DNA of 64,000 nucleotides from a virus (Duplodnaviria > Caudoviricetes), in IMG/VR virus record IMGVR_UViG_3300044971_003552, positions 618 to 64,617 of that record; one strand, 5' to 3'. Position numbers and translations under genes: made by a program. Shown piece by piece: positions 28,550 to 41,600 of the stretch (within the stretch, counting starts at the first letter, position 1; each line of letters begins with the position of its first letter). Below the pieces are notes generated by a model. The model saw nothing but the letters and a program-made list of their open reading frames with translations. It was not told where the DNA came from and did no database searches.

Positions 28550-29112
28550 TGAGCGTTATTCTTCTAAGCAATTTTGTTAGCGAGAGCGAACGAGCCTCAC
28601 TGCTGGCGTGGTGCGACACCAATGAGGAGTGCCTTGGAAACGCAAGAACTGCGGACGGCGAGTCGTATTTGTTGCGTAAAATCTCAAACAGCAACGCGGT
28701 GGTGGAGGCTGGCGGATTCCCCGAAGTCGCCTATCAGGTGCATGGCCGTATCAGGGAGCGGTTCCCGATGCTGGGGGGCTCGCTTCAGCGATTCCTAGAC
28801 GGTATGACGGTTGGTGTTCTCCTTCCCGGCGGAGAGTTTCCAGAACACGTTGACCATCATTTCCGGCAGGACGGTCTGGTGTGTGTCGGCGTGAACGCAT
28901 TGCTTTCAGCTCCAGCGTCAGGCGGCGTAGTGAGCGTTGACGGCGTGGAGCGAGAGCAGCAGGAAGGAGACGCGCTGGTCTATCTTCTGTCGGAACAGAT
29001 TCATGGAGTCTCTCAGGTTGTTGGCAATGTAAAGAGAGTTGTTTGGTCGTGGCGATTTATGGTCGATCTTGCTACCTGGAACGCGATGCTAAGTACCTCC
29101 TCGAATTCCTGA
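28549..29112 (+). CDS. 2OG-Fe(II) oxygenase (prolyl-4-hydroxylase-like)
   Basis: HVD (HxD), GG, distal HGV and KRVV motifs. Confidence 0.7.
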   Translation: MSVILLSNFVSESERASLLAWCDTNEECLGNARTADGESYLLRKISNSNAVVEAGGFPEVAYQVHGRIRERFPMLGGSLQRFLDGMTVGVLLPGGEFPEHVDHHFRQDGLVCVGVNALLSAPASGGVVSVDGVEREQQEGDALVYLLSEQIHGVSQVVGNVKRVVWSWRFMVDLATWNAMLSTSSNS

Positions 29113-29144
29113 AGAATTTTATACTTTAACAATCAACACATAAA

Positions 29145-30188
29145 ATGACAAAAGCATACGATAATTCAATACTAGCCCGAAACATAAACGTTAGTGGAGT
29201 TAATACTAATGTTAGTGGAGTTTTACAACTTAATAATATTAATGTCAGTATTAGTGGACATAATCATACATCATCTGATATTACTGATTTTAATAGCTCT
29301 GTTAGTGGACTATTACCCACTATAGCTAATAGTGGAGATAATAGAATTCTTACCAGCACAGGATCAGCAGTTGGCATTAATGCCGAGTCCAATTTAACTT
29401 TTGATGGAACTAATTTAACAGCACCATATTTAGTGGCTAGTAATTCTTCTGGCGATGAAGGAGGAGAGATACAATTAGCTAAACCTCCAAATGGAACATT
29501 ATCTGGTGGAATAACCATTGATGCTTATCAGAATAGATTAAGATTTTTTGAACAAGGAGGTAGTGCTCGTGGATTTTATTTAGATCTTTCATCTGCTGGT
29601 GCTGGTGCTTCTACAAACTTAGCTGTTGACAGGACCATTCATTCTACAAACACCGCTATTGATTGGCTTCCGAGAGGTCACGGTAGTATCGGTAATGCTG
29701 GCGCTACTAGTGGAGGTCTAATGCTAGTATTTTTTACAGCCCCGTACTCGTTCACTGCTACTACTCTGACGTTTGCGGCGGGCAACGCTGCCACATCTGG
29801 CCTGTCGTTGTGTCGCTTTGGGTTGTTTACTGTTTCCGAGACCATCACCGATAACATTACATTCACGACGCCTACAGTGACACTGGTTGCACGAACAGCG
29901 AGCGACATGACAATCGGAAATTCCACAAATACCTTCTACTCTCGAACCTTTAACACTACCGGTGGCTATCCTGCCTCGTATAATATTGTCGCCGGGACAC
30001 GCTACGCGGCTGGACTAATACTTGTCGGCACAACGGCTGGCAATTGGCATGCTGCTACGCTTGGCATGGGCTCGATCATGCGACTACCTCCTATGGTTGC
30101 TGGTTTGGTCACGTCTCTTAGTGATCTTCCAACATCGCCGACAAGCGTGTCTAATGGATCTTTCGTTCTATATGGGAGAATTTCATGA
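29145..30188 (+). CDS. fibre-like virion protein
   Basis: HNHTSSDITDF motif, NRILTS..NAESNLTFDG, Ser/Thr/Gly-rich. Confidence 0.65.
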   Translation: MTKAYDNSILARNINVSGVNTNVSGVLQLNNINVSISGHNHTSSDITDFNSSVSGLLPTIANSGDNRILTSTGSAVGINAESNLTFDGTNLTAPYLVASNSSGDEGGEIQLAKPPNGTLSGGITIDAYQNRLRFFEQGGSARGFYLDLSSAGAGASTNLAVDRTIHSTNTAIDWLPRGHGSIGNAGATSGGLMLVFFTAPYSFTATTLTFAAGNAATSGLSLCRFGLFTVSETITDNITFTTPTVTLVARTASDMTIGNSTNTFYSRTFNTTGGYPASYNIVAGTRYAAGLILVGTTAGNWHAATLGMGSIMRLPPMVAGLVTSLSDLPTSPTSVSNGSFVLYGRIS

Positions 30189-30535
30189 TCACCAATTATC
30201 TCGGCATTATCGATGGAATTCGCACTTGGGAAGTGCGTGACGAGAATGGCAATATCGTAGGCATGAATCAACAGGCCGTGGACGAATCTGTCCCTACGAG
30301 CGTCTCCGCTCGCCAGATACGTCTCTGGCTCGTGCGGCATGGCATAAGCCTCGTGCAAGTTGAGACGGCCATAAACGCAATCCCCGATCAAATGCAGCGA
30401 GATCTTGTCAGAGTTGAGTGGGAATACGCTCCCTATGTTGAGCGCACTCATCCCATGTTAATTCCTTTAGCCACGGTGTTGGGTTTAACTGAAGCCCAAG
30501 TCGATCAAGCATTTCGTGAAGCGGCTTGGATTTAG
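30185..30535 (+). CDS. small fibre-associated/assembly protein
   Basis: VSARQIRLWL...VEWEYA...QVDQAFREA pattern common downstream of phage fibres. Confidence 0.6.
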   Translation: MITNYLGIIDGIRTWEVRDENGNIVGMNQQAVDESVPTSVSARQIRLWLVRHGISLVQVETAINAIPDQMQRDLVRVEWEYAPYVERTHPMLIPLATVLGLTEAQVDQAFREAAWI

Positions 30536-30773
30536 GAGTATTTATGACACTTAAGAGCTTGTTAAAAACTATTACCTATTACATTCCTCTTGGCTTTCTC
30601 CAGAAAGGAGTTTTTGTTCCCGTCTTCCCGGTGATGAATATGTTTTAGATGAGACTACTGGATTATGGATTATACAAAATTAGCCACTTAATTTAAAATT
30701 TATCCCCTTCACTATAAGGTGTATTAAAGACTACTAAGGGCGATATTTATATTAAACCAGTAAAGATTAATCG

Positions 30774-31400
30774 ATGACTTTAATAACCGTACGTAAAGGA
30801 AATTCTGGTCAATGGCTAGAATCTAACCGTATTCTACAAACTGGTGAACCAGGATACGATCTCTCAAATAGTATACTCAAAATAGGAGACGGAACATCGT
30901 CTTGGACTCAATTACCCCATTATGGCAGTGGACTATTTGCATCAGTTAATCATGTTCATAATACATCTGATATAATAAATTTTAATCTATCCATCTCTGG
31001 ATATTTACAACCTGGATCAGGAATATTATTTAATTTTGTTAATGACAGATTAGTTATTAATGCTGTTAGCACAGGACAAGACTCTTCTTTAAGAGAACTA
31101 TTTTTACCACCCGCTCCCACACTATTATATTCTAATATTCAAAGTAATGAAGTTAGCTTAGGTTGGATAGCTCCATCAGCCACATGGATACCACCAGTAA
31201 ATGATTATGCTATACAGTATAGAAGTGGTCAAAGTTTATCATGGGTTAACTATACGGATTATGTCAGTCCTCTAACCAATGTTAGTATTAGTGGTTTAAG
31301 CTATAATATAGAATATCAATTCAGAGTAGCTGCTATAAATGGTGTCGGTCAAGGAACGTGGTCGAGTGGTTTGCCAATTACTCTAACAGAGCCAATTTAA
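30774..31400 (+). CDS. Mtd-N-like + FN3 virion protein
   Basis: RKGNSGQW..LQTGEPGYD..LKIGDG; FLPPAP...YQFRVAAING. Confidence 0.7.
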   Translation: MTLITVRKGNSGQWLESNRILQTGEPGYDLSNSILKIGDGTSSWTQLPHYGSGLFASVNHVHNTSDIINFNLSISGYLQPGSGILFNFVNDRLVINAVSTGQDSSLRELFLPPAPTLLYSNIQSNEVSLGWIAPSATWIPPVNDYAIQYRSGQSLSWVNYTDYVSPLTNVSISGLSYNIEYQFRVAAINGVGQGTWSSGLPITLTEPI

Positions 31401-31435
31401 GTATAGTATTTTTTCTTCTAATATCTAGAGTTTTT

Positions 31436-31603
31436 ATGTCTAAAATTACACAATTACCATTATCTAGTGGACTTAAAAATGATACTATTTTTGTAGTAGT
31501 ACATAATAGTGGAGGAAATCTTGAAACTCAGCAAGTTTCAGCTTCTGGATTGTTACAATTTATATCTCAATATGTACCAGAAATACACGGTGGCGAACCT
31601 TAA
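31436..31603 (+). CDS. small virion-associated protein (MSKITQLP...IHGGEP)
   Basis: Internal ATG of ORF 31358..31603. Confidence 0.55.
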   Translation: MSKITQLPLSSGLKNDTIFVVVHNSGGNLETQQVSASGLLQFISQYVPEIHGGEP

Positions 31604-31655
31604 AATGAGGTGTATATATTAATTAGTATACTATCTCTAACAAAAGGACCGTATA

Positions 31656-32171
31656 ATGTCTTGGCAAACAGAAATTCCTATTATTGTACGTACTCTTGTG
31701 AATGATTGGTCAGATCAGCCGGTTTATAGTGACGACCGATTAATTCAAGTTATAAGTGTTGCAGCAAAATACGTTCAATTTGATGTGGTTTTAGATCATC
31801 AATATTTGGTGGATGTTGTTAGTCCAAATATTACTCCCGATCCTACTGATGATAGGGATGAAATTTTTATTAGTTTAGTTTCATTAAAGGCAGCTTGTTT
31901 AGTAGATCAAAGTACCTATCGAACAAAGGCCGCTACTGAAGGTATACGAGCGGCACTCGGTCCGGCTAGTTTAGCTGTTAACGGACAAAGTGGAGCCTGG
32001 AAAACAATACTAGAACAAGGACCTTGTGCATTATATGAAGAGTTAACTTCTCACTGGGATGTTAAAGATGCCAGTGCTATTGCTGCTGTTCTTAGTCCTT
32101 TCGTTGGCAATAAGTTTAACCCTCGATATTTACAAAATCACGACTATCGATCAAGATATTTTTACTCATAA
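31656..32171 (+). CDS. putative head-tail adaptor protein
   Basis: VRTLVND..YSDDRL helical pattern; size and position. Confidence 0.5.
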   Translation: MSWQTEIPIIVRTLVNDWSDQPVYSDDRLIQVISVAAKYVQFDVVLDHQYLVDVVSPNITPDPTDDRDEIFISLVSLKAACLVDQSTYRTKAATEGIRAALGPASLAVNGQSGAWKTILEQGPCALYEELTSHWDVKDASAIAAVLSPFVGNKFNPRYLQNHDYRSRYFYS

Positions 32172-32187
32172 GTAAAGGATACTCACA

Positions 32188-32631
32188 ATGCCAGCGGCTG
32201 AATATAATTTTAGCATAGAAAAAGGTACAGCTTTCGTCATCGCTTTTGAATATAGGGATGATCTTCAAATTCCTATCGATATTACTAATTGGTGTGCCAG
32301 AATACGCTGGATAGAAGACCAGAATACAAATCCAACTATTAGAACATTCATAACGAATACTCAAACCAATGATTACTCTTTTGTTATAGATCCTAAGCTT
32401 GGTAAAATAATACTAAAAATACCAGCATCAGCTACAGCCGCTTATAATTTTAATAGTGCTCTTTATGACTTTGAACTTCAAGAACCAAATGATCTTTATA
32501 GTGGAGGAGGAAAAAAGATTTTTAGAATCTTACAAGGAACCGTGTCATTGGTAGCCAGGAACGTACCTGGAAGCGATGCTTTTGCTTGCGATACCAATGT
32601 TCAGAATGATTGTGGAACATGTAGCCCATGA
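32188..32631 (+). CDS. virion structural/adaptor protein (paralog of 20365-20763)
   Basis: YNFSIEKGTAF...DITNWCAR...YDFEL...LYSGGG. Confidence 0.65.
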   Translation: MPAAEYNFSIEKGTAFVIAFEYRDDLQIPIDITNWCARIRWIEDQNTNPTIRTFITNTQTNDYSFVIDPKLGKIILKIPASATAAYNFNSALYDFELQEPNDLYSGGGKKIFRILQGTVSLVARNVPGSDAFACDTNVQNDCGTCSP

Positions 32632-35600
32632 GTATTGTACGAGTAGAAGAAGATATACAGCCACTAAAATATTTAGTAGTTACACAACAAAGAGATCCAG
32701 AGAGTGTTATCACTACTAATGTAGTTATATCCGATACTCGTAATAATAGAATTAATCTTGTTTCCATTGAAAAAGGTCTCCAAGGAGATATTGGTCTCGT
32801 CGGCCCCAAAGGAGACCCTGGAAAAGATGGTGTTATTTTTGATGTATTACCAATTAACAGCGGTGGTACAAATAATACTATATTTAGTAGTGGACACGTC
32901 ATTTATTATGATGGGTCTAAATTATCTAGCAGTAATTATACCATACAAGACATATTAAATAATGCTGGTAACAGTAGTAATCTCACAGGTATTATTGCAG
33001 AGTCGGGTTTATATGTAAATTTAGTTAATAATAATGCTAGATTAGGAGTAAAAACTGGAGGAGGATTAACAATAAATGAACAGAATACTATTGTTGTTGA
33101 TGATACAATAGTTAGAAAAGTTGAACTTAATTTAGGAAGCATCGAAGGAGTGGTTCCTATTGAAAAAGGAGGAACAAATAATCAACTATTCAATAGTAAC
33201 AGATTGTTATATTATGATGGATTTAAGATAGCCTCGTTCCCCCTTGCAACAGGACGCATACTATTAAGTGGAACAACTATAGATATAGTAGCGGGATCTG
33301 GACTAGTTGGAGGAGGATTAACATCTTTGCCGTCAGGTTCTGTTGTTTTAAATATTGGTGGATCTTCCGATATTCTGGTAGAGACTAATTCCATATCTTT
33401 GAGCAATACCGGGATTGCAGGAACATATAATAAAATAACTACTGATGAGAAAGGACGTGTCGTATCTGGTTCTAATTTATCTGCTTCTGACATTATTAGT
33501 ATTCTAAATTATACTCCTTGGCATATTGGTAATGATGGCGAAAACTCTGGTCTTGATGCTGATTTATTGGACGGTCAACAAGGATCATATTATTTAGATT
33601 TATCAAATAGTACTGGTATTCTTAGTGCTGATAGTTTACCAGTACAATCAGCTCCGGGTCTATATACTAAAGTACAGGTAAACAATAAAGGAATTGTGAT
33701 AAATGGACAAGATATTAATTATGGAGACATAGTTAATGCTCTAGGGTATAGGCCAGTATCAGCTACAGGAGATATTATATACGGCCCACTAACTATTAAT
33801 GGAAATACTACTCTTGATGGTAATGACCTAGTTGTTAAAGATAATTTACCATTACTGGGCACAAATTCCCCGTTTATACTACCTAATGAGCCTAGAGGCT
33901 TCAGTTTTATGTATGGGGGACTTACTCCTCAAACTGGTATATTGGCTTACTATCCCGGTGAAAGAGAATTAAGATTAATAACTAACATAGGAGCTACTGG
34001 TATAGTAGACGCTGGAAGTGGGGATAATTTTAATAATGAAGTAGATGGAGGAGACGCTAATTCTGTTTATGTGATTGGAAATATTACTGGTGACATGAAT
34101 ATAGTACTACTTCGTTCAGTAGCAGATAGCTTATATGTTAGTCGATTTGCTGATCAAACCATTAGCGGTAATAAAACTTTTGCAGACCCTCTTGCTGTAA
34201 GAGGTCAAATTTCTGTAATTCCTAATATTAATCAATCAACTCCTCCATTTAATGTTGGAGCAAATACAAGAATGGTGGAGAATCTTAATGTCGATCTTCT
34301 CCATGGCAAAAATTTAGATTATTATAATGATGCTTCTAACATGACTGGGCTTTTTAATTATGAAAAAGTTCAGTTTAATAGTCTCGAAGGAACCATTGGT
34401 TTTATACCTCGTTTTGATAATAGAACTAATAATCCCAGTAGAACTATTAGCGATTCTGTGATTCAGCAAACCGGACAAATTGTAAGAGTAAATAATAATT
34501 TTAATTTTTCTGTTGGAACTTCTAACACTGGATCATTTGATGCAAATCGTTCCGCTCTCATTGGACAAAACAACAGAATTATAGGAGATAACTCGCTTGC
34601 TGTCGGTTCAAATAATTTAGTTAATGCTAATAACAGCATAGCCCTAAATTCAAAATCACAAGCTCTCACTGATAATTCTATAGCTGCCGGGAATCATGGT
34701 TACACTTGGTCTGAAAATCAAGTAAGTTTTGGGTCTTTCAGAGAGCTTAATAATATATCTACAGCTCAAGGTCAACACTCTACTATTACTCTGGGTCTTA
34801 GCGGAGTACAAACTGATGGAGCTTGGGTAAATATGAGCCCGTCCATCAATATTCCAAAAAATAAAACACTATCATATACATTAGAAGTATTGATGAACAA
34901 AGCTGCTGGCACGGGAGCTGCTTTATTTACATACGAAAGTGGTATTATTAAAAATTCAACATTCCGTAATCCAAACAACCCGTCTTTTCTAACTAATATT
35001 ACTTCGATATTAAAAGATGCTACAAAAAGAGAAATATATAACGACTCACAAAGAAGAAGATATTATTATCATTTTAATTTAGACAATAATAATTTTATAC
35101 AGAACTTAGATGTTACAGCTCCAGACATTAAAACATTAGATATTAAACCATATAACACAGAATCTTTATACAAATATATTCCACAGTATATTGAATCCTA
35201 TGGAACATACGAAAAAACTAACGATGGAGAACTGGTCTTAAATATTCCTAAGCCAATAACATATGGTTGGTTCTATCAAAATTCAGGAAGTCCAGACATA
35301 ATAGTTAAATCATACTTTCATGGTATGACTACGGGGTCTGTCTCACGCCTCAATTTCACTTCCGCAACAAAACACACCCCGTTTTCAAAGCAGTATCAAG
35401 TATCAAGCATTATCAGTGATACCCTCTTTTCTGTTAAAGAAACATCTTGGTCTGGAAGATTAACTAACGACGAACTAATACTAGATCCACAAGTCGTATC
35501 TGATATAGATTCTAAAAATAGTATAATAACAAATGCTGGATTTTTATATACTAATTCTCCGGATATCTATAATGTTCCAACAAACATTACTAATGTTTTA

Positions 35601-38600
35601 CATACTGGTATGTATGTCAGATATTATCCACACGGATCAGGCTATTCATATGTAGTTCCTCAAACTGGTAAAATTATAGCAAAAACTAGTAGTTCGATTA
35701 CTTTTGATACTCCGTTTACAGGGCTTACAATATTTAATCAGTCTATTAACACTCAAGCAGTATTAGAATTTACACAATATACTAGACATGTTTTTGATTC
35801 GTCTAAAACAGTACATCTTAATATTTCTGGCTATGGACAGCAATCATTAACTAGCTTATCCGGAGCGTATGCGGCATCATACTGTGGACAACCAACATAC
35901 TCTATTAAATTATCTGGAATACCTAATAATATATTTACTGATACTATAGCCACAATAAGGCCAGCCACAACTAATAGTGGAACAGTTTCTTTGGTTTCTC
36001 ATAGAAATATTAGCGGAACATATACTAGAGATGCAACTCAATACAAAAAATATGAAGGTATTTATATAAGACAACCTTCTATTAGTGGAAATAGCAGAAT
36101 TTCTATTTATAACCAAAATTTAGAACCGATAGAGCTACCCTCTGTTCCATTCAACTATAGCTTTGTCTGTGGATACGGAGATGATGATAACGGATCTTTT
36201 GAAATATATAAATCTGGACTATATAGCTATCTAAAATTTAAATCAGTATCAGGCATAGACATTTCTTTATCTTGCGGTCAAGATTTTGATTATGTTTATA
36301 AAGTAGCTAATTTAATGGATGTTTCATATATTAAAAATTATTTATATGGAATAGATTATGATTTACAACAAAGTGGATGCTATTTCTATAGTCAATATCC
36401 AGTAAATAGTGGTGCAGGATATGTGTTTTACCCAGATACTTTAGAAACTTCGGACCTTACAGCTCTGCCACTGGGTTTGCTTCCAGATAAAACATATTTT
36501 CCAGTTAATATAAAATTAGTTAATAGTTCATATATATTTGATTTAAGTAAATCGTCTGGTGGACAACCAATTACTATTATTAATGACAATAATAGAAAGT
36601 CCTCATATAAAATTTTTCCAAGAATACGAGACGCTTATAATAAAGATATATACAATATACGTATTAAAGTTTTTGATATGTCTGGCAGAAATTATGAAAA
36701 ACCATTCTCTATACACATAGATCCTGTTAACGTCAGAACTCACATCAGGAATTCTATACCAGACCAATCGGCAATAATAAATGAACTTTTTACTTATACT
36801 ATACCTAATAATACTTTCCCTAATAAAACAAAAATTTCATCAGTTAGACTTTCTGATGGTAGAGTTTTACCTCAATGGCTTGCCTTTGATCAATCCAAAC
36901 AAGCATTTAGCGGTACTCCTTTAGCTGCAAATTCTGGAACAATAGAATTATTAGTTAAGGCTACGGGGGTTGATCTGATTGTATCTGATGTGTTTAAGTT
37001 GTCTGTCACAGATAGTTATCCATCGATTTCAAACTACATTGTTGATCCAGTATTATCATTTGATATAAAAAACATCTTTCTGTCTAGCATATCTGTTCCT
37101 CAAAATGCTTCTTATGATACACACGTTGGTAAATTATCTGCCGACGGAGGATATAATCCTTATTTAATTTTTAAAACCTCATCTAATAGTTTTAATGGAT
37201 ATTCTCATTTTGGAGGAAATGTTTTGACGGAATGTTCGGCATCTATTAGTCAGTTTTCCACCGTTACATTATCTGGTATTATTCCTTATCTATCTGGGCA
37301 TAACATACTAGTTAGTGGTACGAATAATCAGTCTCAGCAAATAGTAAGTAAGATTGTACCGTCTTCTATTTTTAATATTACTGTGTCTTCTGGTTCTAAC
37401 TTTTTATTATTTAATAATCCAAATAGTAATTATACTGGTATAATTTTTAGTGGTAATAAAATTTTTAGCAATATTCAAAATTGGGACAATAATTACTATG
37501 CTACAAATGTTACAACTACTGGTATTTATCTTAATAGAAATTTTACTAATCTTAATAGCGAATCAACAGGACTAACCTGTTTTACTAGTGGTTATAATAT
37601 ACTGTTAAATTCTAATGTTAATTTTACAGATAATATTATTGGAATTTTTAGTACCCCAATTAATGAATCTGGTTTTTATTATATTGATCAGCTCAAAAAC
37701 TTTACTACAAATTATCAATCAGCTACAAGGTGTCCAGTTACATTATCTAATAATGATAATATTAAGGGTTTTGATACCGAAACAAACGAATATATTATAG
37801 AAAAAGGATATTATTCTACTGGTTTAATTTCATTTTATACAGACGTTGGCTATAGTGATATTTCTATTAGCAGTCCAGAGCATTTAAATTTCGAAAATGA
37901 TGAAAGTAGCGTTTATTTAAGATTCTTATCAAGAAATACTGGGGTTTTACCCACAAGTCAGGGATATTCTAAGATAAGCGGAATAGCTCGGTCATCTTTT
38001 AATGTTAATAATGGATACTTCTTCCCCAACTCCCAACCCTATGCAACAGGATCTGTGCTAGTTAATGTTGACAAAAATCATGGATACAAACTCGCAAACA
38101 ATAATATCATTAATCAGATACCTGTACAATTTTTAGATACTCAGGAAAATAATAGCAATCGTAAACCAAAGAATAATCTTTTTGACATAGATGATGTTGA
38201 AGGAAATACTATATATGTTAAAGATAAAAATAATTATCTATTAAAAGAAATTGGTAAACCAGATTATTTTGAACAAGCGATATCTGGCATCTATACTACT
38301 AACGGTTTTGGCTTTAGTGCTGCTTTTGTACACAATGACTACAAAATTTATGACTTAGATTACGGAGGTTCTCCAATATGGCCTCAAGATAAAATAATAG
38401 ATGTTAATTCCTCTCTTGGGTCATCTAGTTCGAGCTTTGTTTCTAATTCTAGATTACTAGATTTTACTCAGGGATTCTTTTTTAATGGAACAGTAGCTAG
38501 AAGCGGTTCTCACATAGTATACAATGGAACTTTTCCATCTTTAGTATATTCTGGATATGTTATGTCTGTATTTAGTACCGACCCGCTTTGGCCGACAACC

Positions 38601-41600
38601 GGAATAACAGTTGGGTATAACGGATACAATTATTCTCCATTAAGTGTTTCTTTTAATACCGGTATTCCTAAAGTTTTCAATACCCACGGTCTTGGTTCAA
38701 CAGTTAGTCCAATTAATATCCAGTGTACAGGATTGATTAGTCAGTCTACATACGGAGATATGAGAATAGCGTTACTAGGATATGACTATCAAATAGTAAA
38801 TATATCTGGTTCTTATTCTCCTCCGTCTGGTTCAAATTTTGTAATTTCAAAAACGAATCAAGACTCATCTGAAACAACATTATTTTCTAGTTCTAATAAC
38901 TCAAATATTAATATTCAGGTTACTGGTTGGCCCAAAGAAATTATTAGTTTAAAACTTTACAAAAACAATGATCAGCTAAACTTTTCTACCTTAAATATAA
39001 ACATAAATTCTACATTTCATCCAATAAACATTGGTAAGAGACTTGATATACTTAATGCAATAGATAATATTAATACAGACTATGTAGATGCTATGTTTTA
39101 TTTTAAACCTATTATTACTCTTGATCAAAGAGTCTGTTTAAATAATAAATATCGACAACCAGATAATAGAGTATTTTTCAATGGTAATCAAATCACTATT
39201 CACAATCTGTCTACTCCTAGGTCTTATTTGAATACTAATGATCAAATTAAAATTTTAAGCTTGAATAGTGGTATTGATTTTATTGATTCTGCAGTTAGTA
39301 GAAACTGTAGAGTAGTTGGCACAGGAGTAAACAATACAGCTATTTATTGTATTCCTAATAATGGTCCTAAAATAGTGTCTCCTAATTCTATATATAATAG
39401 TGATGATCTATGGAGAAGAAACTCATTAAGATATGCTCATTCTTTCGGAATTAGAGCCAATCAGGAATTACCAAATACAGGAATTATATCATTTGTGGGA
39501 GCTGTTTCTGGATACTTTTCTATTCCGCAAACTAATAATTTGTACCACCATACCTATGGAGGATATACCGCTAATTGGCCAATGGACCCTTACGGAAAGA
39601 GGGTGTCCGCTCCTCTAACAGGCGTCTTTTCTATACAAAGTAACTCTTCTCAATGTGTTTCTGGTACTTTGTGCTTAAGCATTAAGGGGTTCTCTAATAC
39701 AAATTTCAACAGTATCCCGGACTTAACAAATAGATCAGGTATAGGAAAACAACCACATGCTATAGATACGGATGCTGTTAAAGGATATATTAGACCATGG
39801 GGAACAGCAAATAAAAAATACTATTTTGATTTCTCGGACAATGCACCAGAATTGAATGGATTATATTACATTAATGATAAAACAGATCCATACAATATTA
39901 CTATTAATATACCATACAATATTAATTACTTAGGTAGAAGTGGGTTGGTTTATATTATAGACAGCGATTATAATATAAAGTCTAATATAAATCCTAATAT
40001 AGATAACTCTTTTGTCTTATCAGAATCTAATGCTTCGGTTGTTACGGATACGATTCCTCCACAGCCAGTAGCTTTAATTGATTACAAAATCAATTCCTAT
40101 AGTTTAAAATCAAAAAGATGGAAACATCTAGTACATTTTAATAATCCTACCAGCATACCATATAGTGGCTACAATATAACATTTGATTCTTCACAGCAGC
40201 AAGTTTCACAATTACTATATTTGAATCCAGATAAAATAAATATTTTAAATATAGATTATTCTATGGATTATGGCGAATCATATACTCAATTAGATCAAAA
40301 TAAGATAAAAATAAAAACCACAGATGAAAACCCTATTTATCTTCGAATACAGACTAAAGACGGTTCTCAGAAATGGTCACAATCCCTATTGTCTTCTGCT
40401 CCCAAAATTAATATTCATGGACTGAATACATATTCTATAGACACTAATACTATTTCTTATAATAATCAAAATAAAATATGGACAATTACAGCTATTATTG
40501 ATAATATAAAAAATATAACAACTAATAGAGACATTTCTGTTGTCGCGTCGGATGAAACTGGAACAGACAGTACAAACTTGATCATTGATTTGACAAAAAT
40601 TCCAGAAATAGCTGTTCCTAAAGTTACTTATACCTATGTTAATAGTCCTATTCCATGGTCCGTTAATTATGATATAAAATATCTGCCAGATCCATACTTA
40701 ATTGTTATGTCGGGTTATCCTGGTCCTAGTTTTAATATAAATAATGAGACATTCAATAATAGCACAGGTGTAAAAATTCTTTACGGAAATGCCGGATCAG
40801 TTACTGGGGTATTCAATACTACACTATCAGTTAAAGACTATATTACTGGTGAAAATTTATCATCTCAAACTGGAGTTATTAGAGTATTGGCTATGAACCA
40901 GACTAAGCCTGGCTATACCCTGGATCCCATAGGATTGCCTGATGATATATATCTAAATATAGATAACGACAATAGCTCTTCATCATTTTATTTTTATGTG
41001 GATGCTATAAATACATCACAAACTAGTTTGCTAGTAACCTTAACACAAGATGTTGGATATACTAGAAATATTATAACAGAATATAGTAACGTATCAAATA
41101 GATATAAAATCACGGTCAGTTTAGTTGGCTCAGCAGGATATTACTCCAATAAATCTATTACAGTATCATTATTACAACCACAAGTTAACAGTGAGGATGT
41201 AGAGGTCTGGGTTCCATACACCTATACAAAACTAGTTAATATTACTTTGTATAAAACTTTAACTATAGATCGTTATACTCTTCCTCAACCTTTGTCTTTC
41301 GATAAGCAAGATACTTGGTTTTTACAATTCTATTTATTAGGAGGTATTTTTTCTCATAGACCAGATCAAGCCCCGTCAGTTAGATTATCAAACCTACCTA
41401 ATAAAGGAACATATCCTAATGACCCATTAGAGTATAACATTAGATATGAATACGATAATGCAGATAAAAGATGGAAAGTTATTGCTACAGGAAGATCAGA
41501 TAATTTTGCTAGAATGACAGATAGCTTAGGGGTTAAATCTATCAAGATTTTTGCTGAAGACAGTATCAACACTGCTGCCGACACAATTAATCTTACTTTT

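Noticed and set aside
30545-30682. Short ORF or remnant after the 30185-30535 gene
   Set aside because: It has an RBS and ATG but is very short with no recognisable motif; possibly a degraded fragment, and not supportable.
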